DNA of 64,000 nucleotides from Octopus vulgaris (GCA_951406725.2 OX597830.1:17422001-17486000); one strand, 5' to 3'; counted from the stretch's first letter, positions 28,370 through 43,442 are shown. The notes: generated by a model not told the origin, from the letters alone. Made by a program: numbers and translations.

Positions 28370-30211
28370 GTGTGACTACCTAACCCATTTTGATTGCAAG
28401 ACTATTATCTACTTCTACGGTTTCCCCAAAATTAAGAAACTATTAAGAATGCATGTAAAGAACCAACTTCAAGTTGTATAAATATACACTCTCCCAACGT
28501 CAAATTCAGATCAATCGTAGCAAGCTCGAACTGTGAAACAGCAACTTTTTAGACATATTACTGAAACCTACTTTAAAAAAACCTACCAAGTCTTGTAAGG
28601 GACGACCCAGACCACGTCCTAAATCCATAAACAATGATATCACTATTGTATCTTTTGATGTGGTAAACCTCTATACCACAATCCCACACCAATATGGACT
28701 AGAGGCAATGAAATTTTGGCCTGAGAAATAACCTCATGAAATTCCAGACAGAATCGAAAAGAGTTTCATCACTGAAGGATTAAAGTTTAACCTCGAAAAC
28801 AACTTTTTTGACTTCGATGACAATATTTACAATTATCTGGGACTGCGATGGCGACAAAAGTTGCTCCGACTTACGCAAATATAATTATGACATGCATAGA
28901 GGTCCAAATGTATGAAGAATCTAAATGGCTTGAACTTCCACAAATATCTACTAGAAAACTGGAAAGGTTATTTAGATGACTGCCTAATCCTATGGACACA
29001 CACATTTGAACATATTATACATTTCAAAAATCTAATCAACAGCATAAACAATAATATTAACTTTACCATGGAATACAGTAAAACTCAAGTACTATTCCTA
29101 AATACTAATCATCAAAAACAAAACAAGCATTGAAATAGATATTCACTAGAAACAAATTCTAAACAATACTTACTGTTCTCCTCATGACATCCCAAAGACA
29201 CGAAGGATAATATTCCCTTTAATATAGCAAGAAGAATCTGCACAGTTGTCTCAAACCCTGAAACTCGCAATAAAAGACTCTAGGAATTAAAACAAGTACT
29301 ACTTAAAAGACAATATCCATTAATGTTAATGGACAACGGAATAGAACGTGCCAAAGCGATAAATATCGAAGAACAACGAAAAACGAAAAACGCTCCAGAT
29401 ACATTTCATACTCTACCCTTTATTACAACACACAGCCCAAGAAACACAGAAGTTTACAATATTATCCACCAGAACATCTCACTACTAAAACAAGACCCAA
29501 GAATGAAACAAACATTCATAATGCACAAAATAATCAAAAGCAAAAGGTAATCAAAGTCCCTCCAAAAATTCCTCATAAGCGCTGAATTACCTTCCACAAT
29601 TCCTATACCAACAGTAAAAATATGTGGCCGCCCCAATTGTGGAATCTGTATCAACCTTATTGAAGACACAACATACAAATTCAAATCAGGACAGACTTAC
29701 CGTAAAAAATCCCTTTACATGTTCTTCAAGGAATTTAATATACGCTATCAAATGTTAAGGATGTAATGAAGATTACATAGGTTAAAGCTTACTCTAAGAA
29801 ATAGACTGACCATTCAGCGACAAATACAAAACCCCAGTACTAGATAGATTCCACTGAGTGGTCACATAGGCATGTGCAAAAAATAAGTCCTCCAAATTTC
29901 AGGTCTTCCCAATCTACCTATGTTCAGAAAATACCGCAGATGAAGCACGGGTAAACAAAGAAAATATTTTCATACAAAAGTACAAACCAAGACTTAACAA
30001 ATTTTAACACAAGTAAATACACAAATAGCTATTCACACACAAGACTCATCCTGCCACTTATCATGAGGAACCTGGTTGGATGGAAGCACTCCGTCGGTTA
30101 CGACGACGAGGGCTCCGGTTGATCCGAATCAACGGAACAGCCTGCTCGTGAAATTAAAACCTTCTTTTATATATAATTCCACTCGTGCGGTACCTTACAA
30201 CTTCACTTTGT

Positions 30212-30259
<48 letters not shown>

Positions 30260-31330
30260 TGCTGACGTCATCAACCCTTCTTCCTGCCATATCATGTTAG
30301 CTACCCCAACTATAACACTTTAACACTCTCACAAGAACCATACTCTGAGGGCCAACATTAATGTTTCAACAATCCTTTGTTCTTAAACAATATAGATAAC
30401 ACAAGAAATAACAGCTAAACTCCCAATGATGGAAGCACTCCGTCGATTACGACGATGAGGGTTCCGGTTGATCCGAATCAACGGAACAGCCTGCTCGTGA
30501 AATTAACATGTAAGTGGCTGAGCACTCCACAGACACGTGTACCATTAACGTAGTTCTCGGGGATATTCAGCGTGACACAGAGAGTGACAAGGCCGGCCCT
30601 TTTGAAATACAGGTACCACAGAAACAGGAAGTATGAGTGAGAGAAAGTTGTGGTGAAAGAGTACAACAGGGATCACCACCATCCCCTGCCGGAGCCTCGT
30701 GGAGCTTTAGGTGTTTTCGCTCAATAAACACTCACAACGCCCGGTCTGGGAATCGAAACCGCGATCCTATGACCGCGAGTCCGCTGCCCTAACCACTGGG
30801 CCATTGCGCCTCCACTCATGAGGAACCTACACAGCTAACAACCTAAACGTTAGCCACTAAACTACATAGAAACGACTCCTGTTCACTTTCCCACCAGACA
30901 AATTAAATTACGGACGTAATGGGAAACGTACAAAAGTTCATTCTTTACAAACACTTGACAGAAAACATTCAGAGCATTGATTGTTTGGACATGTTCATTT
31001 AACCGCGCCAGTCTTAACTTACGACGCCAGACATTGTCACCTCATACTAACTCACGGACGTAGCGGGGAACCTACAAAAATTTCTATGACCAGTAATGTG
31101 ACTATCCTCTACCATTCAAATCCTATTAAAAACATCGACTAATTTGAGCCATGAACGCCTTATGAAAATAGGGCAAGCTTCAAACACTAGTCAGAAGCAA
31201 GACAGGTGCGACATAAGCCACGTCTTTTTATTTGAACTTTTTGAAAATCAGTGTAAACTGTGAAACTGGTTAAAGCTTTAAATATATTAACAAAAATATT
31301 TCAACTATTCTCAGTGTATTTTCAACTTCT
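28370..31330 (+). mobile_element. Decayed Penelope-like element (RT + GIY-YIG endonuclease pseudogene)
   Basis: SFDVVNLYTTIP, GTAMATKVAPTYANI, GYLDD, HPKDTKDNIPFNIARRI, CGRPNCGIC, CSSRNLIYAIKC..C.EDYIG, ENIFIQKYKPRLN; many stops and frameshifts; degenerate hammerhead near 31237-31275. Confidence 0.9.
30074..30815 (-). mobile_element. Composite SINE C insertion: full SINE + copied flank + second SINE 3' end
   Basis: TSD TCATGAGGAACCT at 30061-30073 and 30816-30828; 30157-30815 is the reverse complement of 21819-22483. Confidence 0.92.
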
Positions 31331-31899
31331 ATTTTTCCTATATTTCTATCTGTGTGGAATAAAATAACTTTCATATATATATATATATAATAAAGCATAA
31401 GATACATTTTTATTTCCCAAAATGAAACAAAACTAACAGTAAAATGGAAAATAATGTTTATTTTTTGTATACATCCACTTCATTTATATATGAAAAGTTT
31501 TTTCCTACTTTTGCTAATTGCAAAGTTTTTGTTCAGATCCTCAGTATGACACCACGAGTTCTTCGAAGTTATATTTCCGATCATATAAACCACATACAAA
31601 AATTATTTCAGCAAGTTTAAATTTCTTTCATGCCATAAAACATTTATCCTTTCTGTGGTATCCACTTCCCTCTATGCCCCCAGCACGTGCTTATTTTCCT
31701 TAATGGTTAATCCAGCGTTGGATTTAGCCATTAGTACGGTATCTGATATCAATGCTAACATGTGCACCATTAAAGATATCTATCAACATGGTTTCAAACA
31801 TAACGCTGAACAAGGTGAGAACAAGGACACAACGGTATTTCGTTCTGTTGGAGTCAGAGTATGGGTCTGATATATCTCTGATGTCTTGAACACTATCAA

Positions 31900-32482
31900 A
31901 GGCCTATGCAAAGTTTTATCGTTCTCGACACAATCAAGTGCGACTGAAACCCGAGTGTCTTTTTGGTCAGCTGAAAGCAGTTTTGGCACAAACTTGGCTG
32001 ACATGCGTCTCATACGCAAATCTTCAGTGATCATGGACTGAACTAAACCGTAACTCATCAGCACATCCTCTGATAACTCACGGATGGTGATTCGACGATT
32101 TCCCTTCACTGCTGCACGCACATTTGCGATGTTTTTCTGAGTTCTGCTCGTTGCAGGTTTCCGAAATCTTTCGTCAATATCGACATTTTTCGGCCATCTT
32201 GGAAACGTCTGAATCACTCGTACACTTTTCTCCATACACTTTCTGCAACTTTGCGTAGGCCTTTGAGCAGGTATCGCCATAACAACTTTCTCTGTCATGA
32301 TAACACGCTACACACCTTCATTCGAAGCACTGCTGTAAACATCAGAAGTGAGCTAGAACATTAAAACTTCGTGAACGGGCACAGCAGAGTTTAAGGTCAA
32401 TCTGTGCCGAGCAGCTTTACTCTACGTGCTTTAGCTTCGTTACTATGGCAAAATCTGGATACTTATTGATCAGACCTTGTAT
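31900..32482 (-). mobile_element. Mariner transposon 5' part (TIR and HTH region)
   Basis: TA-CAAGGTCTGATCAATAAGTATCC TIR-like start; NRRITIRELSE...LRMRRMSAKFVPKLLSADQK. Confidence 0.85.
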
Positions 32483-32494
32483 ATGTATGTATGC

Positions 32495-32531
<37 letters not shown>

Positions 32532-32808
32532 AAAATGAATGTGTCTGTATGTGTGCGAAAAGATGTTCATAATAAAATATATATACGCACAGATTTACAT
32601 TTATGGGTGTATATCCTTATATACATTTGTGTCCACATGCTCCAGGCAGACTTTATCTTTCTTTTTGTCCTTCTCTCCCTTTCTCTCATTATTGCGTCAT
32701 CCCTCTTTCTCTCTTACCCTTCTCTCTTAAATATGTCTGCCAGAAGAATCCATCGTCGCAGCTTAATTTAAAATGGCGTCAACCAACGTTTCTTCACTTA
32801 GACTCTGC

Positions 32809-32843
<35 letters not shown>

Positions 32844-33240
32844 CACACACACACATACACACACGCACACACATACACACATGCACACACATACGCACAC
32901 AAATATATACATACGAATACGCGCATAAGTTACATATGTGTGCGTGTATGTATACACACACACACACACATACACACACACACATATATATATACATATT
33001 TATATGTTTGTATGCATGTATATATATATATATATAAAACATATTATATATATATATATGCATATGTGCACGCACGTTTGCAGAAGCATGTGGAAATTAC
33101 ATATATAACTGTATATATATAACATATACATATTATATGTATATATATTATATATATATGTATGTATATAAATATGTTATATATGTATACATATATATAT
33201 ATACATATGCATATATATATATATATATATATATGTATAC

Positions 33241-33285
<45 letters not shown>

Positions 33286-33404
33286 CTCACATGTACATAC
33301 ATATAAATGCATACAAATACATACTCACGCACATACATGTCTGTGTGTATATGCATGTACAATGTTCCTATCTGTTTCTCTTTCTCTCTCTCTCTTTCTT
33401 TCTT

Positions 33405-33438
<34 letters not shown>

Positions 33439-33847
33439 CCTGGTCTTTCACATTTTTCCTCTCTCTCCTATTTCGTTGTGAAAACTATCTAAATCGTTAG
33501 ATATGATAGCCGTCGCACATCTGACCAGCTGTCAAATCTCACAGCTAAGAAGGAAACTCTGATATAGCTTCAACTGGTTCTGACCTGTTTACTCTCTCTC
33601 TCTCTCCACCCCCGTCACATCATTATCTCTCTCTCACCTCTCACCTCTCTCTCTCTCTCTCTGTCTCCCTGTTCAATCTATTTATTGTTTCCATTATTTA
33701 TGCCGGCGTTCAACATTCGTATATCGATAACAGCATGTTTCGCCATAATTACGCATCGTTTCTTATCGAGTGTCATAAGAAGTTGTTCTTGTTGGTCTTA
33801 ACAAAAGTAAAGCAAAATCCCCCAAAAAACAAAGCAGTAGTAGTAGC

Positions 33848-33921
<74 letters not shown>

Positions 33922-34034
33922 TAATAATAGAAAGTTGGACATGAATAGGCGGGAAGTTTGTTGCAGACAGCGATCATCACTGAAGATGCTCTTTAACAGA
34001 AACACATCCAGGCATGATATATATGAGCAGATTG

Positions 34035-34066
<32 letters not shown>

Positions 34067-34146
34067 TGTATGTATGTATGTATGTATGTATGTATGTATG
34101 TATGTATGTATGTATGTATGTATGCATATCTAAATGTATATGTATG

Positions 34147-34179
<33 letters not shown>

Positions 34180-34479
34180 TTACGTATGCGTGTGTGAGTG
34201 TAATTATGAATTTATGCATACTTATGTGTGTGTGTGTGTCTATATATATAATAAGAAAATGGAGATAATTGAATTAATAATTATTTATTAATTTGTAACT
34301 AATAAATAATTATTAATTTAATTATCTCTATTAAAAATATATATAAACCCAGGTTTATTCAACTACCTTACAGTTGAATATTAAATGTAATATCCAATAC
34401 TTTTTGTAACAAGTAATAAACCAGTATATTCATTGGATTTTATTATCCCTTAATTAGGTTTTTAACCTTTAATTGAACT

Positions 34480-34517
<38 letters not shown>

Positions 34518-34587
34518 CGTCCAATAACACTACTTGTTCCACGTCCTCGCGTTGTTGTGTTCTCTCTTTGTGTTTTCATGTTTGGAT

Positions 34588-34624
<37 letters not shown>

Positions 34625-35036
34625 GCATTTATGTTTGACTATACACACACCTATATGTATATCTTATACATGTTTTTTATGAATATGCATGCTTGTTGTT
34701 CGTTATATAGGGCTGCTCTCTTTATATGCACACACACACACACACACACACGTAATGCGTCCATGCCTAAATACATAGGCACATTTACCTATGTATATCT
34801 ATTTATCTATGTATCTATATGTATACTTATATAAATGTCATACATAGAAATTCTCAAAATAAGACTTTAAAAGCTAAACTATGTATGAAGCTTCTCTCTG
34901 TGAATCTCTATATCTGTCTGTCTGACGTTCTGCCTGTCTTTCTCTCTGAATCTCTATCGCAGACACACTGACACACATGTACGTTATAAGGGTAAAAAAA
35001 GATCTCACTCACACATACACCCCTTCCTTCCTTTAT

Positions 35037-35616
35037 ACGTACATACATACATACATACATACATACATGCATACATAAATACATACATACATACATACAT
35101 ACATACATACATACATACATGCATACATAAATACATACATACATACATACATGCATACATACATACATACATACATACGTACATACATATGTACATACAT
35201 ACATACATACATTCATACATACATACGTACATACATACATACATACGTACATACATACATACATACATACATACATACACACATACATACATACATACAT
35301 ACATACATACATACATACATACATACATACATACATACATGCATACATACATACATACATACACACATACATGCATACATACATACATACATACATACAT
35401 ACATACATACATACATACATACATACATACATACGTACATACATATGTACATACATACATACATACATTCATACATACATACGTACGTACATACATACAT
35501 ACATACATACATACATGCATACATACATACATACATACATACATGCATACATACATACATACATACATACATACATACATACATACATACATACATACAT
35601 GCATACATACATACAT
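35037..35616. repeat. (CATA)n array
   Basis: Direct reading. Confidence 0.98.
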
Positions 35617-35871
35617 ATGGACGGAAGATAATGTGCCAGTGTGTCGGCAACAAGAGTTTGTTTCGATCTTCACCTAACTTCTCTTAATGATGTTGATGCC
35701 CTGAATACAAGAACTGACGGATATTATACATCTGTCTGGTCAACTTTTATTGTCCTATAGCTTCGCATTCAAAACCTGTGATTTAGAGGTGATACACACT
35801 ATTAATGTACACACACACACACACGTACACACACACTACACACACAGACACACACACATACACACACACAT

Positions 35872-35906
<35 letters not shown>

Positions 35907-36062
35907 CACACACAGTAGGAGAGAGAGAGCATGGGGGAAGAGTGAGGGAGAATGAGGAAAAGAAAGAATGAGTGAGAGAGAGTGTGAGTGTAAAAAAAGA
36001 GAGAAAGAGTGTGTTTGTGTGTGTGCGTGCGCGCGTGTGTGTGTTTGTTTGTGTGTATGTAT

Positions 36063-36114
<52 letters not shown>

Positions 36115-36210
36115 GAAAGTCAGTAACAAAATTTAATCATATACACAGACTATATATATAGCTCCGCTCGAAACGTTAAACCCTCCTTCTTTCCATCTTT
36201 CCTGAGCGTC

Positions 36211-36281
<71 letters not shown>

Positions 36282-36564
36282 AACTCATCAATAAGAAGAA
36301 TTCTTTCATCAACCGCATCAGAAGGCTCACCTTCTTCGATAATAAGGACTTACAACAGACCAATAATGACATTTTATTATTTATGCAGTTATCAAAATTG
36401 TTATAATGTCATGTTGTTGAGATGGGTTCTCTTTCCTTCCAGATGAGAAAGATTACATTATTTTACACCGTTTATTCCTTTTGAAAAAAACCAATGTTGT
36501 TTTCGAGACATATGTCGAAAGTAAAAGAATTTGAATAACATCTGTGTTCAACTCCATTTATTTA

Positions 36565-36618
<54 letters not shown>

Positions 36619-36701
36619 TGTTTGTATTCCACCTGCCTTCGTCTTTTGTTTATTTCCGTAAACCTGCCTTCGTCTTTTGTTTATTTTCATAAAGCTTCCC
36701 G

Positions 36702-36749
<48 letters not shown>

Positions 36750-36789
36750 GCATACTTCAGCTTAAGTCGTTCTCGATTATACATCGGTT

Positions 36790-36965
36790 TGCAAAAATAA
36801 TATATGGAAAAATGTAAAATATAAAATATAAAAACATGGATGATAGTATTAAAAGCAATGTACACATATGGATGCAATAGTTTAAAGAAGGGAAAACCAA
36901 CATTGAAGACGAACCACACACTGACACACGTCTGACAGCCACAAATATTGGAATAGTAAAATCAC
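36790..36965 (+). mobile_element. Mariner N-terminal fragment
   Basis: FKEGKTNIEDEPH motif; homologous segment on the minus strand at 40330-40560. Confidence 0.65.
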
Positions 36966-37299
36966 CTAAAATCATGTTACTGTAAATAAATAAGAATAAA
37001 AGCATATAAAATCATATTAAAATGCGTACAGTAAATGTTAAGATACACACCATAAAGTAGTGTAGCTTAGTGAACGAAATCAAGAAATCAGCTGTGTTGT
37101 TTTATTTATCGGTCTTTCGGAGCTCGTTGTTACTCGTGAATCCCGCTTGTTTTGAATTGTTTTGAATTCAGATTTGAAGTGTTTTGAATCCAGATTTGTT
37201 TACGTCTGTTTATCGGCTACTTTCTCATTCTCATTCCTTTGTGACTTTATATTTTGCCCCCCCCGGCTCCTAAAAACTCATAGTGAAAGTGCTGAGCGT

Positions 37300-37825
37300 C
37301 ACGCTAACGCCATGATAAAGGTGAAAAAGTGGCAGCAATTGCACGTCCTTTTGGGATGAACCGGACAACTTTATCGACGGTTGTACATAATAAGGACGAG
37401 ATTTTAGCACATATCAAATCTGAAGTACCAGGGCTGAAGAACACTGTCATCAATAACAAAAGAGGCAAAATCTTTGAAGAAATGGAAAGCCTTCTTTCTC
37501 TTTGAATTGTTAGGCTGAATCGTCAGCGTGTTACCGTTAGTCAAGAAATCAATCAAGAGAAAGCATTGTCTTTGGTTGAGGACCTGAAGAAAAAACATCC
37601 AGATGAGAAAGATGTAGAGTTCAAGGCAAGTCACGGATGGTCCATGAAATTTAAGGAGCGAAGAAGTTATCACTCCATTGAGAAGCAAGGTGAAAGTACA
37701 TCTACTGACGAACAAGCAGCAGCGAAATTTCCTAATGCATTAAAGAAAATCATCGAAGGAAACGGGTTTCTTCCCGAACAGATTTTTAACATAGACGAAA
37801 CTGGATTGTATTGGAAAAAATTGTC
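37300..37825 (+). mobile_element. Tigger/pogo transposase fragment, truncated by SINE B
   Basis: FKASHGW..FKER...GES..D..AA..F...EQIFNIDETGLYWKK. Confidence 0.9.
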
Positions 37826-37827
37826 AG

Positions 37828-38187
37828 TCTGGGTTCAGTCCCACTGCGTGGCCCCTTGGGCAAGTGTCTTCTACTATAGCCTCGGACCGACCAAAGCCTT
37901 GTGAGTGGATTTGGTAGACGGAAACTGAAGCACGTCGTATATATGTATATGTATATATATGTGTGTGTGTGTGTGTGTGTTTGTGTTTGTGTGTCTGTGT
38001 TTGTCCTCCCAACATCATTTGACAACCGATGCTGCTGTGTTTACGTCCCTGTCACTTAGCGGTTCGGCAAAAGAGACCGATTGAATAAGTACTAGGCTTC
38101 CAAAGAATAAGTCCTGGGGTCGATTTGCTCGACTAAAGGCTGTGCTCCAGCATGGCAGCAGTCAAATGACTGAAACAAGTAAAATGA

Positions 38188-38189
<2 letters not shown>
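37828..38189 (+). mobile_element. SINE B, 5'-truncated
   Basis: Family B body and tail. Confidence 0.9.
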
Positions 38190-38220
<31 letters not shown>

Positions 38221-38228
<8 letters not shown>

Positions 38229-39352
38229 TAAAAGAAATAAAACATATGCATATATATAAACATATATGTACGTACCTACCTCTACATGTACATATACACG
38301 CATATATGAGTACAGGACACCAAAGGGACGTCGAACACATAGAGAAACGAAAACATAGACACAAACCAAAGGAACAGGACATTTTTTTAAAAACAACAAA
38401 CAATGGAGTACAGGATAGTTAACACAACGAAAAAACCCCTTCTTCAGTCGCTAAGGTTTCATCTACTCTACGTTTCGAAGGATAAAAGCGAGACGTATCT
38501 TCGACAAGAAACTTTCCTTCCTGCGAAAAGCAAATCAATTAAAATTCTGAGATCTTTTCGCAGAGGGGTAAAAAATGGTAAAAAAACGAGACAGTAACGA
38601 CAGTACAAAAATATAAACAGTAAAAAAAAATATATATAACAGTAAAAGACAGGACAGAGAGAACAAGATAAGAAGGGCCGTTGACGCCGAACGAAAAAAG
38701 TATTGCAAACGCTGAATTTTTTGTGAACGACGAGAGAGCAGGAAAAGTCGTCCAGTAGCCTTAAAAGTCGGGCGAGAAAGACCGTTAGCAGTTACGGCGG
38801 AAGTATCGTCGCAGATGGACGACGGGAATGGAGGAGGAGGAGCAAGAGGGAAGGGAGAGACGAAGGGGAATGGTGCGAGGAGACCATGAAGAATGGTGAG
38901 GGGGAGAGAGAGAATGAAGAATGAGAGAGAGAGGAAGAGACAAGTTAAGTGAGGGAAAAAAGACGAAAAGGGAGGGGATAGAAAGAAAGAAAGAAAGAAA
39001 GAGCAGAGTGTGCGTGAGAGTTAATATCAAGGCGAAACTTGATATACAGAACAATCTTACTTAAGAGGGTGCGTGCGTTTAGTCGTATAATATATTAATA
39101 AAAGAAATAAAACATATGCATATATATAAACATATATGTACGTACCTACCTCTACATGTACATATACACGCATATATGAGTACAGGACACCAAAGGGACG
39201 TCGAACACATAGAGAAACGAAAACATAGACACAAACCAAAGGAACAGGACATTTTTTTTAAAACAACAAAAAATGGAGTACAGGACAGTTAACACAACGA
39301 AAAAACCCCTTCTTCAGTCGCTAAGGTTTCATCTACTCTACGTTTCGAAAGA
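38221..39352 (-). mobile_element. Non-autonomous PLE-like element with about 260-bp direct terminal repeats
   Basis: 38221-38482 is nearly identical to 39091-39352; hammerhead-like half-cores; (TA)n at both ends. Confidence 0.75.
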
Positions 39353-39584
39353 TATATATATATTGGTAAAGACAAGGATATACATGAGTTTATCAAGAAT
39401 CAAAATTTAAAGAAAACAGAAAATGGAGAATATTGATAAACAATTGACTTACATCGATTATTATTTATTAATTCAATACAATACAAATAGTCTACACCCC
39501 ATATTGAATTAACAAATAATAATTGATGTAAGTCAATTGTTGTTCATCAATATTTCTCCATTTTCTATTTTCTTTATGTGTGTG

Positions 39585-39669
<85 letters not shown>

Positions 39670-39907
39670 ATTCTCTGTTTTAGCACATAACGTTGCAACG
39701 TTTAGAATCTATAACGTTAAGTGCAGGTATTAAGAAAATATATGTTACAGCAACCTGAGAATGGTGAAACAATTGCTCAACATTTTAACCCCACAACAAT
39801 TTAGGCTAAAATTTCGTTAATCAGTTGATCAAAAATCATCTTACGCTTTGCTTGAGTGGCATATGTAAAAATTATTTGGTTCAACCCATCCTTAGCGCAT
39901 ATTCCAT

Positions 39908-40320
39908 CTCTCTCTTTACTCTCTCTTTTACTTGTTTCAGTCATTTGACTGCGGCCATGCTGGAGCACCGCCTTTAGTCGAGCAAATCGACCCCGGGACA
40001 TATTCTTTGTAAGCCCAGTACTTATTCTATCCGGTCTCTTTTTGCCGAACCGCTAAGTGACGGGGACGTAAACACACCAGCATCGGTTGTCAAGCAATGC
40101 TAGGGGAACAGACACAGACACACAAACACAATACATATATATATATACACATATATACGACAGGCTTCTTTCAGTTTCCGTCTACCAAATCCACTCACAA
40201 GGCATTGGTCGGCCCGGGGCTATAGCAGAAGACACTTGCCCAAGATGCCACGCAGTGGGACTGAACCCGGAACCATGTGGTTGGTAAGCAAGCTACTTAC
40301 CACACAGCCACTCCTGCGCC
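39908..40320 (-). mobile_element. SINE B, full length
   Basis: Reverse complement of the 5768-6183 family. Confidence 0.92.
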
Positions 40321-40565
40321 TATGTATAAAGTTTCAAGAAAATCTGTCCACAGTTCGTCCCCTCGTTGGGGATTCGTGTCCGTGTGTGGTTCGTCTTCAA
40401 TGTTGGTTTTCCCTTCTTTAAACTATTTCATCCATCTGTGTACGTTGCCCTTAATACTATCATCCATGTAAATAACTTTTAGTCGTCTGTGAATGTTAAA
40501 TAACCTGCACCCATCCTTCATTCTTTTCTCATAAAGTCAGTGACAATAGGTTGCTTCTACATGAA

Positions 40566-40604
<39 letters not shown>

Positions 40605-40649
40605 TCCCTGCCTTTTGTTTTTTTGTCGTACATTTTGAGCCATATACAC

Positions 40650-40996
40650 ATATTCTTTATTTGTGCATTAAGGCTACCATTAGTTGTATATTAAGAAAAT
40701 ATCTTAATATCACATCAATTTTTCAAGCTGATCAAATCGATGAGTAGTGTTCGTATCTGTTTTGTATTAAAATAGAAAAATAATTATTCAAAAGATATCA
40801 CCCAAGAGTCGCCCTCCACCCTTGATTTCTTGTTTCATCTGCGAGACGTTATCGCAAATTCGCGTGATTTTTCGTGTTTGAATCCAAAATGGAGACGAAC
40901 ACAATTCCTTCATGAGGATCGGCGTGAAAAAATTAAGATATTAAGATATTTTCTTAACATGAAACCAATAATAGCTTTCATACACGAATAAAGTAT
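40650..40996. mobile_element. MITE-like element with imperfect terminal inverted repeats
   Basis: TTAAGAAAATATCTTAATATC (40691-40711) versus GATATTAAGATATTTTCTTAA (40938-40958), extending imperfectly outward. Confidence 0.5.
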
Positions 40997-41059
40997 TTTT
41001 CTTCATCAATGCGGTGTTGAGAACTCATTCTCATTGCTCGAATTTACACACACACACAT

Positions 41060-42164
<1,105 letters not shown>

Positions 42165-42183
42165 TATCTTTGCCATATTTGAG

Positions 42184-42412
42184 GGCGACGAACTGGCAGA
42201 ATCGTTAGCACGCCGGGCGAAATGCTTAGGGTTATTTCGTCTGCCGTTACGTTCTGAGTTCAAATTCCGCCGAGGTCACCTTTGCCTTTCATCCTTTCGG
42301 GGTCAATCAAATAAGTACCAGTTACGCACTGGGGTCGATGTAATCGACTTAATCCCTTTGTCAGTCCTTGTTTGTCTTTTCTATGTTTAGCCCCTTGTGG
42401 GCAATAAAGAAA
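42184..42412 (+). mobile_element. SINE A monomer
   Basis: Family A sequence. Confidence 0.92.
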
Positions 42413-42459
42413 TATATATACATATATATGTATATATATAGGCGTATACATATATATAT

Positions 42460-43372
42460 ATACGAGCAAAACGCCCCACGTCCAGTGGACGGTGCTGAGT
42501 TGTGAAACATTTAAACCAAATTTTCTCAAAACAAATTGTCCGACCGTCCCATAGGCCTCCCCTTTGAGAAACACTGATTTAACCTAAATTTGAGACACCA
42601 GCAAAAGAAGAAATAAAGATGGGCTTTTTTCTATTCCAAAGAAAAACAATTTTAATGCAAATATCGCACGATTAAGAAGCAAGCAAATAGTCTTTTGTTT
42701 CTAAGATTGAAGTATTAAGACTACATTCACCTTGAAATAAAGCTCAAACAATCTTGATTGAATGCAATAATGGTTTTCTTTCACTAAAAAACACACTCTT
42801 TTTGGTTTAAAGCTGTAAGGCAACAAAAATCATTTATTAGCAAGAAAATAGTATTTTCTTCCTTGAATAAAAAGCAATCAGTGTTTTCTTTTCATTAAAA
42901 AATAATTAAGCATGCTTTTATTTCAATAAAATTTTTGGTCTTGTTAAACGAAGTTAAGGCAAAGAAAAAAAACTTCTTGAGAAACCAAATAGTCTTTCCC
43001 TCCTTCATGCCAAGTTTGAAGAAAATATCTCTTTTCCATCTTACTTTCTTGGTCTCTTAAATATACTGCATTTTGTGGTATTATTTCAAGCCAGCTGGGT
43101 TTTTTTGCGCAAACTGCACGTGCATTTTTCTCTCGTACGCGTAGTATCGATCGCAACAGCTGATGTACTTGCGCGTACAAATGCATGTTCCCACGGCTTT
43201 ATCGATCGCATTCTCACCTGGAATCGATTTTTGTAATTTTGTCAAGACTTATACACGCCCTGATACCGTCGGTATCTACATATCAAATGTGAGCGCAATC
43301 GGATGGAGGATGCCCGAGATCCTAGAAGACACACACACACACAGACAGACAGAACGAATTTTATATAATAGA
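42460..43372 (+). mobile_element. Putative non-autonomous Helitron/Helentron-associated (HINE-like) element
   Basis: 5' hairpin CGTCCAGTGGACG; internal degenerate short repeats; 3' end ATCGG...CGAGAT...(CA)n(CAGA)n...TTTTATATAATAGA, typical of such elements. Confidence 0.45.
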
Positions 43373-43387
43373 ATTTTTTTTATATAC

Positions 43388-43420
<33 letters not shown>

Positions 43421-43442
43421 TGTATGTATGTATGTATGTATG

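Noticed and set aside
21819-30815. 9-kb DNA transposon bounded by 660-bp inverted repeats
   Set aside because: Each arm has its own retro-type TSD, and the interior is an unrelated repeat mosaic.
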